From NCBI GenBank assembly GCA_963717935.1, contig CAVQXP010000002.1, positions 288,001 to 352,000 on the forward strand: a stretch of 64,000 bases of DNA, in the 5' to 3' direction. This document shows, in pieces, positions 47,998-58,864 of the stretch. Numbering within the stretch: the first letter of the stretch is position 1; each line of letters begins with the position of its first letter. This DNA comes from Candidatus Eiseniibacteriota bacterium (lineage in GTDB: Bacteria > Eisenbacteria > RBG-16-71-46). The notes under the pieces were generated by a model, which had not been told where the DNA came from, searched no databases, and saw only the letters and a list, made by a program, of their open reading frames with translations. The position numbers and the translations under genes are program-made.

Positions 47998-49369
47998 CGA
48001 CGAGCGCTCGCTGCGCTTCAGCATCGGCGAGTGGGCGCGCGACGCGGGCTACCGTCCGCTCGAGGCCGAGGATGGCGGCGCGGCGCTCGAGCGCGTGCGC
48101 GAGCAGTCGGTGGACGCGGTCCTGCTCGACCTGCGGCTCGGGACCGAGGACGGGCTCGAGGTGCTCCGGCGGCTGCGTGCCGAGGAGCCGTGGCTGCCGG
48201 TCATCATGCTGACCGGGCATGGCTCGATCGAGCACGCGGTACAGGCCACCCGGCTGGGGGCCTTCGATTTCATCCTCAAGCCGCCGGACCTCGACCACCT
48301 GGGCATCGTGCTGGAGCGTGCGCTCGAGCGTGGGCGCCTGCGCCGCGAGGTCGAAGATGCCCGTCGCGAGAAGTTCCCGCCCATCATCGGCGCCAGCCCG
48401 GGGCTGCGCACCGCGCTCCAGCGCCTCGAGAAGGCCGGCAAGAGCGGTACCGCGACCATCATGGTGCGTGGCGAGACCGGCTCGGGCAAGGGGCTGCTGG
48501 CGCGCTACCTGCACGCGCACAGCGCGCGCGCCGACGGACCGTTCGTGGAGCTCAACTGCAGCGCCATCCCCGAGCAGCTGCTCGAGAGCGAGCTCTACGG
48601 GCACGAGAAGGGCGCCTTCACCGACGCCAAGCGCTTCAAGAAGGGGCTCTTCGAGCTGGCCGACGGCGGGGCGCTCTTCCTCGACGAGATCGGCGAGATG
48701 ACGCCGGGCCTGCAGGCCAAGCTGCTCCACGTGCTCGAGACCCGCACCTTCCGCCGCGTGGGCGGCGGGAGCGACATCACGGTGGACGTGCGCGTGATCG
48801 CCGCCACGCACCGCGACCTGCCGAAGGCGGTGGCCGAGGGCCGCTTCCGCGAGGACCTCTACTTCCGCCTCAACGTGGTGCCCATCGTGGTGCCACCGCT
48901 GCGCGAGCGCCGCGAGGACGTGGCGCTCATGGCCGAGCACTTCATCGCCCAGTTCTGCCGCGAGCTGGGCCGGCCGACGGCGCGGTTGCACCCCGACGCC
49001 CTGCGCGTGATGCTCGACTACGCTTGGCCGGGCAACGTGCGCGAGTTGCGGAACCTGATGGAGCGCGTCGTGCTGCTCGAGGCCGAAGACGAGATCCGGG
49101 TCGAGCACCTGCCGCCCGAAGTGACGGGCGCGCGGGGGGACGCACGCGCACCTGCTTCGGCGGCGAGCGTGTTCCCGCCGGGCGTGGTGCGTCCGCTGGT
49201 CGAGGTCGAGAAGCTGGCGATCGAGCACGCGCTGTCGGTGTGCGGAGGCAACAAGACGCTCGCCGCGAAACAGCTGGGCATCTCGCGGCAGACGCTGCGC
49301 ACCAAGCTCAAGGAGTACGCGCTCGGTGACGACTCGGACGAGGCGGCCGAAGGGCCTCTGAGCGACTGA
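47939..49369 (+). CDS. sigma54-dependent NtrC-family response regulator (REC-AAA+-Fis HTH)
   Basis: LIVDDE, LLDLRL, GETGSGKG, ESELYGHEKGAFTDA, LFLDEIGE, FREDLYFRL, WPGNVREL, GNKTLAAKQLGISRQTL. Confidence 0.95.
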   Translation: MAKDEAPPRTQAPHTLLIVDDERSLRFSIGEWARDAGYRPLEAEDGGAALERVREQSVDAVLLDLRLGTEDGLEVLRRLRAEEPWLPVIMLTGHGSIEHAVQATRLGAFDFILKPPDLDHLGIVLERALERGRLRREVEDARREKFPPIIGASPGLRTALQRLEKAGKSGTATIMVRGETGSGKGLLARYLHAHSARADGPFVELNCSAIPEQLLESELYGHEKGAFTDAKRFKKGLFELADGGALFLDEIGEMTPGLQAKLLHVLETRTFRRVGGGSDITVDVRVIAATHRDLPKAVAEGRFREDLYFRLNVVPIVVPPLRERREDVALMAEHFIAQFCRELGRPTARLHPDALRVMLDYAWPGNVRELRNLMERVVLLEAEDEIRVEHLPPEVTGARGDARAPASAASVFPPGVVRPLVEVEKLAIEHALSVCGGNKTLAAKQLGISRQTLRTKLKEYALGDDSDEAAEGPLSD

Positions 49370-49607
49370 GAGGCTTCCGCCCGGGCGTCCCCTCGCCCGG
49401 AGTCCGGAGTGGCGGGTCCCCGTGTGCCGGGCCGGCCGCTCCACGCGCTCGGCGCTCGCCTCCCCGCACGCCCGGACCCGCCCCCGGCGACACGCCACGA
49501 CCGCGCGCTCGCCAGGTCCGCCCCGGCGGGCGGTCAGGAAGCGGTCGCGCTCCGAGCCCGGGCGGAACGAGGTTGGGCGGGCATCCTGCATGGCCGGCCC
49601 TGCCCGA

Positions 49608-49627
49608 TGCGACGTGACGGAGTCGCA
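49608..49627. promoter_or_regulatory. Candidate upstream activator sequence (inverted repeat)
   Basis: TGCGAC-N8-GTCGCA about 150 bp upstream of the sigma54 promoter. Confidence 0.35.
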
Positions 49628-49776
49628 GACCCGGCCGTGAGGGGCCGGTCCCGCGCGCCAGCCCCGGCCCCGGCAGGCTTAATCCCGCGCCCCTGAACGA
49701 GGTGGCGGGCCTGCCGCCGGTGGTTCCGGCCCCCCTCCGGCCCGCGCGACCCACGGTTGTTGCGCCGGGAGCCCTG

Positions 49777-49794
49777 CTGGCACGCAGGGTGCAA
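49777..49794 (+). promoter_or_regulatory. sigma54 (-24/-12) promoter of the REC...fleN-fliA operon
   Basis: CTGGCACGCAGGGTGCA: GG-N10-GC exact, TGGCACG intact; about 35 nt before ATG 49830. Confidence 0.75.
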
Positions 49795-49829
49795 ATCGAG
49801 GCATCCGTCCCCAACGGAGACCCACGCTC

Positions 49830-50231
49830 ATGCCCCACATCCTGATCATCGAAGACGAGCCGAGCACCGCCTGGGCGTTGGCCGAGGGGCTCTCGGACGA
49901 CGGCTTCAGCATCGACACCTTCTCGACCGCGGAGGAGGCCTGGGTCTGGCTCCAGCACGGCCAGTGCGATCTCGTGATCTCCGACCTGCGCTTGCCGGGC
50001 ATGAGCGGTCTCGATTTCGCACGCAAGCTGGCACGCAGCCGCCAGACCCTGCCCGTCATCATCCTGACCGCCTACGGAAGTCCCGAGACCCTGCGTGCGC
50101 TCGCCGCCGCCGGTGTCTTCGAGTGCTTCCCCAAGCCCTTTGCCATGGACGCGCTCCGCCACGCGGTGCGCCGCTCCCTCCAGCGCGCGGTCGACCGCCG
50201 CGATGTGCGGCCGCGCCGCAAGGCCGCCTGA
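49830..50231 (+). CDS. Single-domain response regulator
   Basis: ILIIEDE, VISDLRLPGMSG, IILTAY, FPKPF: phosphoacceptor Asp, Thr and Lys intact. Confidence 0.9.
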   Translation: MPHILIIEDEPSTAWALAEGLSDDGFSIDTFSTAEEAWVWLQHGQCDLVISDLRLPGMSGLDFARKLARSRQTLPVIILTAYGSPETLRALAAAGVFECFPKPFAMDALRHAVRRSLQRAVDRRDVRPRRKAA

Positions 50232-50539
50232 TGCGTCCCCGCGTCGTTGCCCTGCCCTCACGCCGCTCCGTCGCGGTGCCCCGGCACGACCGGCGCGAGG
50301 CCGTGGCACGCGCCCTCAGCGGCTGCGCCGCGCGTGAGCGCGTGCTGCTGGCCCTGCTCCTCTTCGAGCGTCTTACACCCGCCGAAGCCGCGAGCGTGCT
50401 CGGCGTCCCGACTGCGCGCATCGAGCGTGCCTACGCCGCGCTGCTCGCCCAGCTGCGCGAGTTGCTCGGCGGCCGCGCCCCGCGGGCGAGCGTGCCGCGC
50501 TTTGCCACTCCGACCGCGCGCCTGAGGCGGGCGTCATGA
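50231..50539 (+). CDS. Stand-alone sigma70 region-4-like protein resembling the FliA C-terminus
   Basis: RERVLLALLLFERLTPAEAASVLGV aligns without gaps to FliA QERLVVALYYYEHLTLKEIGRTLGI; TGATG-coupled to the REC gene. Confidence 0.7.
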   Translation: MRPRVVALPSRRSVAVPRHDRREAVARALSGCAARERVLLALLLFERLTPAEAASVLGVPTARIERAYAALLAQLRELLGGRAPRASVPRFATPTARLRRAS

Positions 50540-50793
50540 ACCGCCACGCCGCCTTCACGTCCAGTTCGGACCTGCGCCGCGCGATGCCGCCCACGACCGG
50601 GCTGCGGCTCGATCAGGCGCACGCCGCGCTGGCCTCGTTGCGCGAGGAGGCGCGGCGCCTGGAGCGGCTGGGTCTCAAGGAGGCGCTCTGCCGCTGCCGT
50701 GAGCAGCTGCGGTACTGGGAGTTCCTCTCGGCGCTCTTCGCGCTGCCGGCCGCGCCTCGGTCCCGCGTTCACCGGACGCACGGGAGCCACTGA
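50536..50793 (+). CDS. Small helical hypothetical protein (85 aa)
   Basis: ATGA and TGATG coupling on both sides; amphipathic helices (LASLREEARRLERLG...LRYWEFLSALF). Confidence 0.65.
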   Translation: MNRHAAFTSSSDLRRAMPPTTGLRLDQAHAALASLREEARRLERLGLKEALCRCREQLRYWEFLSALFALPAAPRSRVHRTHGSH

Positions 50794-51740
50794 TGGCCTC
50801 CGAGCGCTCCTCCGGCAGATCCCGCCGCGGCCCGTCCCCGGCGGTGCCGCTGCGCGTCATGCCCGGCATCGCACCGAGTGGCGAGCTCGCCGACCATCCC
50901 GCGAACTGGGAGCGTCTGCGGACCCGCATGCTGGTGGTCGCGAGCGGCAAGGGCGGCGTGGGCAAGAGCAACCTGTGCGCGAACCTGGCGGTGGCCATGG
51001 GTCAGCGCGGTGCGCGCGTGCTGTTGCTCGACGCCGACTTCTCGCAGGCCAACCTGGACCTGCTGCTGGGGGTGCACCCGCGCTACGACCTGCAACATGT
51101 GCTCGCGGGCGAACGCACGCTCGAGGAGATCCTGGTGGAGGGGCCGGGTGACGTGCGACTCATCCCCGCGGCCTCGGACGTGCCCGAGCTGGCCGAGCTG
51201 GACGACTACCGGCGCGAGTGTCTGCTGCGCGGCATCGGCACGCTCGACAGCAAGGCCGACCTCATCATCACGGACACGGCTTCGGGCGTGACGCGCGACG
51301 CGCTCGCGCTGTGCCTGGCCGCGGATGACGTGATCGTGATGACGACGCCGGAGATGCCGGCCTTCGCCGACGCCTACGGCCTCATCAAGGTCCTGAACGC
51401 CCAGGGCATCCGGCAGGCGCCGTACCTGCTCGTGAGCCAGGCGGCCAGCACCGAGGAAGCCGAGGAGACCGCACACCGGATCCGGCTCGTGGCCCGCCGC
51501 TTCCTGCACCTCGAGATCCAGTCGCTGGGCGCGATCCCCGAGGACCCGGCCATCCCGCGCGCCGTGCGGCGCCAGGAGCCGGTGGTGACCGCCTTCCCGC
51601 AGTCGCCCGCCGCCGTGGCCTACCGCGCCCTGGCTGCGCGGTTGTGGGCGCCTTCACCCCCCGATCCCCCGGCCGAAGAGAGCCACCCCGAGCGCCTGCT
51701 GGCGGGTGCACGTCGCGAACGCCAGCGGCTCGGAGCCTGA
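50793..51740 (+). CDS. fleN: MinD-like ATPase FleN/FlhG
   Basis: VASGKGGVGKSN, LLDAD...NLDLLLG, DTASG, TTPE..AFADAYGLIK, AVRRQEP; directly upstream of fliA. Confidence 0.85.
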   Translation: MASERSSGRSRRGPSPAVPLRVMPGIAPSGELADHPANWERLRTRMLVVASGKGGVGKSNLCANLAVAMGQRGARVLLLDADFSQANLDLLLGVHPRYDLQHVLAGERTLEEILVEGPGDVRLIPAASDVPELAELDDYRRECLLRGIGTLDSKADLIITDTASGVTRDALALCLAADDVIVMTTPEMPAFADAYGLIKVLNAQGIRQAPYLLVSQAASTEEAEETAHRIRLVARRFLHLEIQSLGAIPEDPAIPRAVRRQEPVVTAFPQSPAAVAYRALAARLWAPSPPDPPAEESHPERLLAGARRERQRLGA

Positions 51741-51750
51741 GGAGAACCCC

Positions 51751-52638
51751 ATGGCCCGCCCTACCGCCACCGCCCGCATGCGAGCTCGCCCCGCGAAGCC
51801 CGCTCCATCCGCTCGCACCAGGCGTCCGGTTCCGCGCCAGGCCGTGCCCGCTCCCCGGGCGACCGCCGCGGCGGCCGCCGCCTTGCGCATGGTGCCCGCG
51901 CCCCAGCCCGTGACCTACTCGAAGGAGGATCTGCTGCGCCGCTTCGCGCCGCTGGTGAGGCACGTGGTCGAACGCGTGGCCACCACCCTGCCGCGCAACG
52001 TGGATCACGAGGATCTGTACTCGGCGGGAGTCCTGGGCCTGCTGGACGCGCACGCCAAGTTCGACACGCGCAAGGGAGTGAAGTTCGAGACCTACGCGGT
52101 GTGGCGCATCAAGGGCGCCGTGCTGGACCAGTTGCGCGCGCTCGACTGGGTGTCGCGCTCGATGCGGCGCAAGGCGCGCACTCTGGACGGCGTGACCCGC
52201 GCGCTCGACCAGAAGCTGGGTCGCGCGGCCTCCGAGGATGAATTGGCGCGCGAGCTCAAGATGAATCGCGGCGAGTTCTACCGGTTGCTCGACCACGTCC
52301 GCGGAGCGGTGCTCGTGTCGCTGGACGAGGCCCGCTCGAGCGAGGACCAGGAGTCCACGACGCTGGGCGAGCACCTGTCGGACCCGCACGCCGTGGACCT
52401 GGACGCGCGGCTCGAGGAGGAGCAGACCCGCCTCGTGCTGCTGCGCACTCTCGACCTGCTGCCCGAGCAGGAGCGGCTCGTGGTGGCGCTCTACTACTAC
52501 GAACACCTCACGCTGAAGGAGATCGGTCGCACGCTCGGCATCTCCGAGTCGCGGGTCTCGCAGGTCCACACGCGTGCCATGTCCCGGCTGCGTCTGCGCC
52601 TGCAGAAGGCGCTCGTCGGCGAGGAGCTGGCGGCGTGA
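51751..52638 (+). CDS. fliA: RNA polymerase sigma28 (FliA/WhiG family)
   Basis: DLYSAGVLGL, KFETYAVWRIKGAVLDQLRALDWVSRS, LYYYEHLTLKEIG..LGISESRVSQ. Confidence 0.93.
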   Translation: MARPTATARMRARPAKPAPSARTRRPVPRQAVPAPRATAAAAAALRMVPAPQPVTYSKEDLLRRFAPLVRHVVERVATTLPRNVDHEDLYSAGVLGLLDAHAKFDTRKGVKFETYAVWRIKGAVLDQLRALDWVSRSMRRKARTLDGVTRALDQKLGRAASEDELARELKMNRGEFYRLLDHVRGAVLVSLDEARSSEDQESTTLGEHLSDPHAVDLDARLEEEQTRLVLLRTLDLLPEQERLVVALYYYEHLTLKEIGRTLGISESRVSQVHTRAMSRLRLRLQKALVGEELAA

Positions 52639-53051
52639 TCTCCGCCGCGACGGACGGGAACCTGCCCGGAGCGCCGCACGCGGCGCTGCGCGCGGCCGTG
52701 CTGGACGTGGCCCGGCGGCTGGAGGCCACCGGCCAGGTCGAGGCCTCGAGCAAGCTGTGCGCCGCGCTGGAGAGCTGGTGGCGGGAGCAACTGGACTGGA
52801 CGGGCGAGCTGGCGCAGCAGCTTCGCGTGTACCACGACATCAACAATGCCCTCGTGGGAGTGCGCGGCAATGCGCAGCTCCTGCTCATGGGGCCCGCCGG
52901 CGAGGTCCCGGGGGCCAAGGATCGACTGGAGGTCGTGCTGCGTGAGTCCGACCGGATCCGCGAAGCCGCGCACCGGCTCAACGTTCTCAAGTCCGCCCTC
53001 GCGGCGCTGGCCCGTGAAAGCGAACCGGGTCCCGCGTCCCGTGCGGCCTGA
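52635..53051 (+). CDS. HisKA/DHp-only protein (H-box, no ATPase domain)
   Basis: YHDINNALVGVRGNAQLL...RLEVVLRESDRI; GTGA overlap with fliA. Confidence 0.65.
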   Translation: MISAATDGNLPGAPHAALRAAVLDVARRLEATGQVEASSKLCAALESWWREQLDWTGELAQQLRVYHDINNALVGVRGNAQLLLMGPAGEVPGAKDRLEVVLRESDRIREAAHRLNVLKSALAALARESEPGPASRAA

Positions 53052-54031
53052 GCCGGGCGTGCGTCCCGGCTCCGCCCGCGTGGGCCCGCCCCGCCCGGGC
53101 GCGCCGCCGGCGACGGAGCCGACGGCAGTGCGCGCCTCCGATCCGCGCGGGTCGGGGGGCGAGCGCCGCCGTGCCTCGCGCTCGCTGTGGCAGGCGTGCG
53201 AGGCCCTGCTCTCGGCCGCGGTCGATCGGAAGGCGCTCGAGCGGGCGCTCGCCGACCTGCGCACGGCCTTCGACTGCGACGCCGTGGTCCTGCGGGCCCG
53301 TGGTCCCTCCGGCGCCCTCGAGCCCTGGCAGGCCTGCGGGGACTGGGGGATCCGGCCGGGCGATCTGCGCGACTGCCTCACCGTCCCGCTGCTGCGCGGC
53401 AGCGAGCGCGTGGGGACGCTCGACCTGCTCGCGCGACGTGGCCAGCACTGGCTGCCCGCGCAACTCGGTCTCGTGCGCGCCGCCTCCGGCGCGCTCGGGT
53501 CCGCCCTGGGCGCACGTTTCGAGCTCGAGCAGTTGCGCCGCCAGCCGGGGCGCGATCCCGCGACCGGACTGCCCGACGCGCACGCCTTCCAGGAGCGGCT
53601 TGGCGAGGAGCTGGCGCGCGTGCGCATGCACGGGGCGCCGCTGGCGGTGGCCGTGATCGAGCTGGACCGCTTCCCGGCACTGGCGAAGCGCTACGGTGCC
53701 GGCGTGGCCCGCGCCGTGCTGAGCGAGGCCGCGCTCGTCCTGCGGCTCGCGCTGCGGGAGACGGACGTGCTGGCACGCCTGCCCGGCGCCCGCTTCGCGG
53801 TGCTGCTGCCGGAGACCGAACCGGCCGCCGCGCTGCGCGTTGCCGAGCGTCTGCGCCGCACCGCGGAGGACCACCGCTTCGCGCGCGTCGGACGGCTGGG
53901 CGTGAGCGCCGGCCTGTCGGCGAGCCCGCGCGACGGGGTCGAGAGCGTCGAGATCATGGACCGCGCCGAGCGTGCCCTGACGCTGGCCGTCAAGGCCGGC
54001 CGCCGCCGGGCGGTCGCGACGGAGGCCGCCC

Positions 54032-54042
<11 letters not shown>
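53014..54042 (+). CDS. GAF + degenerate GGDEF-domain protein (start uncertain)
   Basis: VPLLRGSERVGTL (GAF); DPATGLP, ELDRF..L..RYG, RETDVLARLPGARFAVLLPET, VSAG. Confidence 0.8.
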
Positions 54043-55858
<1,816 letters not shown>

Positions 55859-55942
55859 CCGTCCCGTGCCCGGCGACTAACTTCCCTTCCCAGCGGCCCG
55901 TGACGGCCGCCTTCTCGAGGTAAGGAGCCCGCAGTCCACCCG

Positions 55943-57895
55943 ATGAGCGCCAGGGAAGACGCCACCAACCCCGCGAACGCCCCGCGCCCGCCGCGGCGCC
56001 GGGCGACGCGCGCTCGGCGTGCTCCTGGCGGGTGCCCTCCTGGGCGTCGGGCTCTGCCGGGCGTGCTCGTCCCGAACGCTTCGTCCCCGACGGCATGCCC
56101 GCTCTACGAGGCCCGGGTCCACTGGCAGGGCGGACCGCCCGCCGCCGGGCGAGTGGCCGCGGCCCAGCGTGCCGGCGAGCAGGCCGTCCCCGTCGAGGAC
56201 GGAGGCCGCACGCTGCTCGCCGTGCGCTCGTTCACGGCTGCCGGCACCGAGGCCCTCGCTCGTGATCTGCAGCGCCGGCGCCTGAGCGGCGTGGACGCGT
56301 CGTCCGCGCGACGCACGCGCGGCACGCGCACGATGGCGCGCCGGACTGGCGCCGGACGGGCCGGCGACGCTTGCCGCCCGCGGGCCAGTGCGCCGCGCTC
56401 GTCCGGGCGCGGCTGCTCCTGGCCGCGCTGGTGGACCCGCAGGCGGTCCCGGAGGCCCCCGCGGAGTCGCCGGGCAGCGCGGTCCAGGGCGCACGGCTTG
56501 CGCAGGCCGAGGCCGAGGTCGTGCGCCTGGCGTTGGCCGCCCGGCCGGATTCGCTCGCCTCCGCGCTCACCGTCTGTGCATCCGCCGAGGGGGAGTGGCT
56601 GCGCGCCCTGGCGGTGGAGCCGACACCCGACCCGGGCGCCCGGATCGAGGCGGCGTGGAGGTGGCACGAGCGGTCGCGTGCCACGACGCTCGACGACGTG
56701 GAGCGCGCCCTCGATGGCGACGTTGTCGGAGTCCCAGAGCGATGCGGCGGCGACCGCGGCCTTCGCGCAGGCCCTCTCGCTCGAGCGCATGGCGCCGGAC
56801 CCCTCTGCCGCGCTCTATGTGCACGGCGCCTGGGGGCCGGTGCCCGGGGCGTTCCCCATCGTGGGAACCTGGATCGCGCTCCTCGCCGCCGGCGCGCTTG
56901 CAGGAGCCGCGCTCGGGCTCGTCCTGTGCGTGACGTGGCCATGGCGACGCTCCCGGCCGCGCGCCGCGCACGTGGTGCGCGGCGTCCCGGCGGCGCTGAG
57001 CCCGCACCTCTCCGGCGAGCGTTTCGCGCAGCTGCCCCGTGACGCGCGCCGGGCCTGGGATGCGGAGTTGGGCTGGCTGCACCTCGTGAGCGGGCCGGAC
57101 CCCGCGCGGATCGCGCACGCGGTCGGCACACTTGCCGGCGGGTTCGTCGAGCGGGGCGACCGCGTCCTGCTGGTGGACGCCGGCGAGCGGCTCAGGCTGC
57201 ACGAGCGCTACGGGGGGGACGTGCGCTGGGGGCTCGGCGAGTGTCTGGCGGGGGAGGTCCCGCTGCTCGGGGCGGTGCAGGTCGCAGGACGCGCGGGTTT
57301 CTTCTTCCTCGCCCACGGCGCGCCCGGGCGTGCGGGACGCTGGGAGGAGTTGAGCAGGCTGCTCGAGGACGCGCGCACGCACTTCGACCGGGTGCTTCTC
57401 GCCCTGGACCGGGGGGCCCCGAGAGCGGCAGCGCTGCCGCTTGGTGGGCGGGTCCTCGAGGCGTGGTGGGCGGAGCCCGGTCCGGGCCTTTCGAGGAGCG
57501 CGGTCGCGCTCTCCGAGCGGCTTGGCATCCCATTCTCCTGCTTCGAGTTGAACTGGTTGATGGAGGCGATGATCGAAGCCGAGTCGGCCGCTCGGATGCA
57601 GGCTCCCGATCCGCCACCATCCGGGGACGGGGCCGACGCCGCTCGGCCCGTGGGCCTCGCGGGCGCAGAGGCCCTCGCGCTCGCGGACGCGGGATCCGGT
57701 GAGGAAGTGTTCGAACGGATCGAGGGTGTGGTGGGGTCAGCCGATGCCATCGAAGCGGTCGCCCGCTCCGGTGGCGAAGCGGTGGTGCTAGGCTGCGACC
57801 TCGAGGTGCGGGAGCGCCTGCGTTTCCTGGTCTGGATGCGGCGCGTGCAGGCCGAGCGCCAGGCCGCGGCATTCGAGGCCGGCGCGCGGCACTGA
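55943..57895 (+). CDS. Wzc/BY-kinase-like membrane protein with degenerate kinase domain; N-terminal half frameshifted
   Basis: TM1 (VLLAGALLGVGL), PLYEA, TM2 (WIALLAAGALAGAALGLVL), then GDRVLLVDA..R..LH..YG....GL.ECLAG; Walker A replaced by SGPDPARIA. Confidence 0.55.
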   Translation: MSAREDATNPANAPRPPRRRATRARRAPGGCPPGRRALPGVLVPNASSPTACPLYEARVHWQGGPPAAGRVAAAQRAGEQAVPVEDGGRTLLAVRSFTAAGTEALARDLQRRRLSGVDASSARRTRGTRTMARRTGAGRAGDACRPRASAPRSSGRGCSWPRWWTRRRSRRPPRSRRAARSRAHGLRRPRPRSCAWRWPPGRIRSPPRSPSVHPPRGSGCAPWRWSRHPTRAPGSRRRGGGTSGRVPRRSTTWSAPSMATLSESQSDAAATAAFAQALSLERMAPDPSAALYVHGAWGPVPGAFPIVGTWIALLAAGALAGAALGLVLCVTWPWRRSRPRAAHVVRGVPAALSPHLSGERFAQLPRDARRAWDAELGWLHLVSGPDPARIAHAVGTLAGGFVERGDRVLLVDAGERLRLHERYGGDVRWGLGECLAGEVPLLGAVQVAGRAGFFFLAHGAPGRAGRWEELSRLLEDARTHFDRVLLALDRGAPRAAALPLGGRVLEAWWAEPGPGLSRSAVALSERLGIPFSCFELNWLMEAMIEAESAARMQAPDPPPSGDGADAARPVGLAGAEALALADAGSGEEVFERIEGVVGSADAIEAVARSGGEAVVLGCDLEVRERLRFLVWMRRVQAERQAAAFEAGARH

Positions 57896-57924
57896 GCCGC
57901 GCTGGCCAATCGACGGAGGACCGC

Positions 57925-58863
57925 ATGCGCATCCTGGTGACCGGCGGCGCGGGCTTCATCGGCTCGCACGTCGTCGACCGCTTCATCGAGCGCGGGCACG
58001 AAGTGGCCGTGCTGGACAACCTCTCCAGCGGGTTCCGCGGACTGGTGAACCCCGCCGCCCGTTTTCACGAGGCGGACCTCACCGACGCGGCCGCGGTCGA
58101 GCGCTGCTTCGCCGGATTCCGGCCCGAGGTCGTGGACCACCACGCGGCGCAGATCGACGTGCGCCGCTCGGTGGACGACCCGGTGTTCGACGCGGGCACC
58201 AACATCGTCGGTGCCCTGGGGCTGCTCCAGGCCTGCACGCGCCACGGCGTGCGCAAGTTCGTCTACGCCTCGACCGGAGGGGCGCTCTACGGCGAGGGCC
58301 GGCAGTTGCCGGCGACCGAGGAACACCCGGTCAACCCCGAGTCGCCCTACGGCGTGAGCAAGCACACGCTCGAGCACTACCTCTACCTCTGGAAGCTCCT
58401 GCACGGCCTCGACTACACGGTGCTGCGCTACCCGAACGTCTACGGTCCGCGCCAGAATCCGCACGGCGAGGCGGGCGTGAACGCCATCTTCATCCTGCTC
58501 ATGCTGCAGGGGAAGCGTCCGCGCATCTTCGGCACGGGCGAGCAGGTGCGCGACTACCTCTACGTCATGGACGTGGTGGAGGCGAACGAGCGGGCGCTCG
58601 CGCTGGGCAGCGGAGAGATGGTGAACCTCGGCACCGGGATCGGCACCTCGGTGAACGACATCTTCCGCGAGCTGAAGGCGATCGTGGGGTTCACGGGCGA
58701 GCCCCATTACGAAGCGGCGCGGCCGGGCGAGGTGCAGCGCATCTACCTCGACGCCACGCGGGCGAAGCAGGTGCTGGGCTGGACGCCGCGCATGAGCTTC
58801 CGTGACGGGTTGGCACAGACGGTGGAGTGGTCGCGCCGCACGGGCGGCGAGCCGCTGCGCTAG
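57925..58863 (+). CDS. NAD-dependent epimerase/dehydratase (UDP-glucose 4-epimerase-like)
   Basis: VTGGAGFIGSH, YGVSK, RYPNVYGPRQ, RDYLYV. Confidence 0.92.
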   Translation: MRILVTGGAGFIGSHVVDRFIERGHEVAVLDNLSSGFRGLVNPAARFHEADLTDAAAVERCFAGFRPEVVDHHAAQIDVRRSVDDPVFDAGTNIVGALGLLQACTRHGVRKFVYASTGGALYGEGRQLPATEEHPVNPESPYGVSKHTLEHYLYLWKLLHGLDYTVLRYPNVYGPRQNPHGEAGVNAIFILLMLQGKRPRIFGTGEQVRDYLYVMDVVEANERALALGSGEMVNLGTGIGTSVNDIFRELKAIVGFTGEPHYEAARPGEVQRIYLDATRAKQVLGWTPRMSFRDGLAQTVEWSRRTGGEPLR

Positions 58864-58864
58864 C

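Noticed and set aside
55921..55946. TAAG-N14-CCCGATGA as a sigma28 promoter
   Set aside because: Wrong spacing, weak -10, and it overlaps the start codon.
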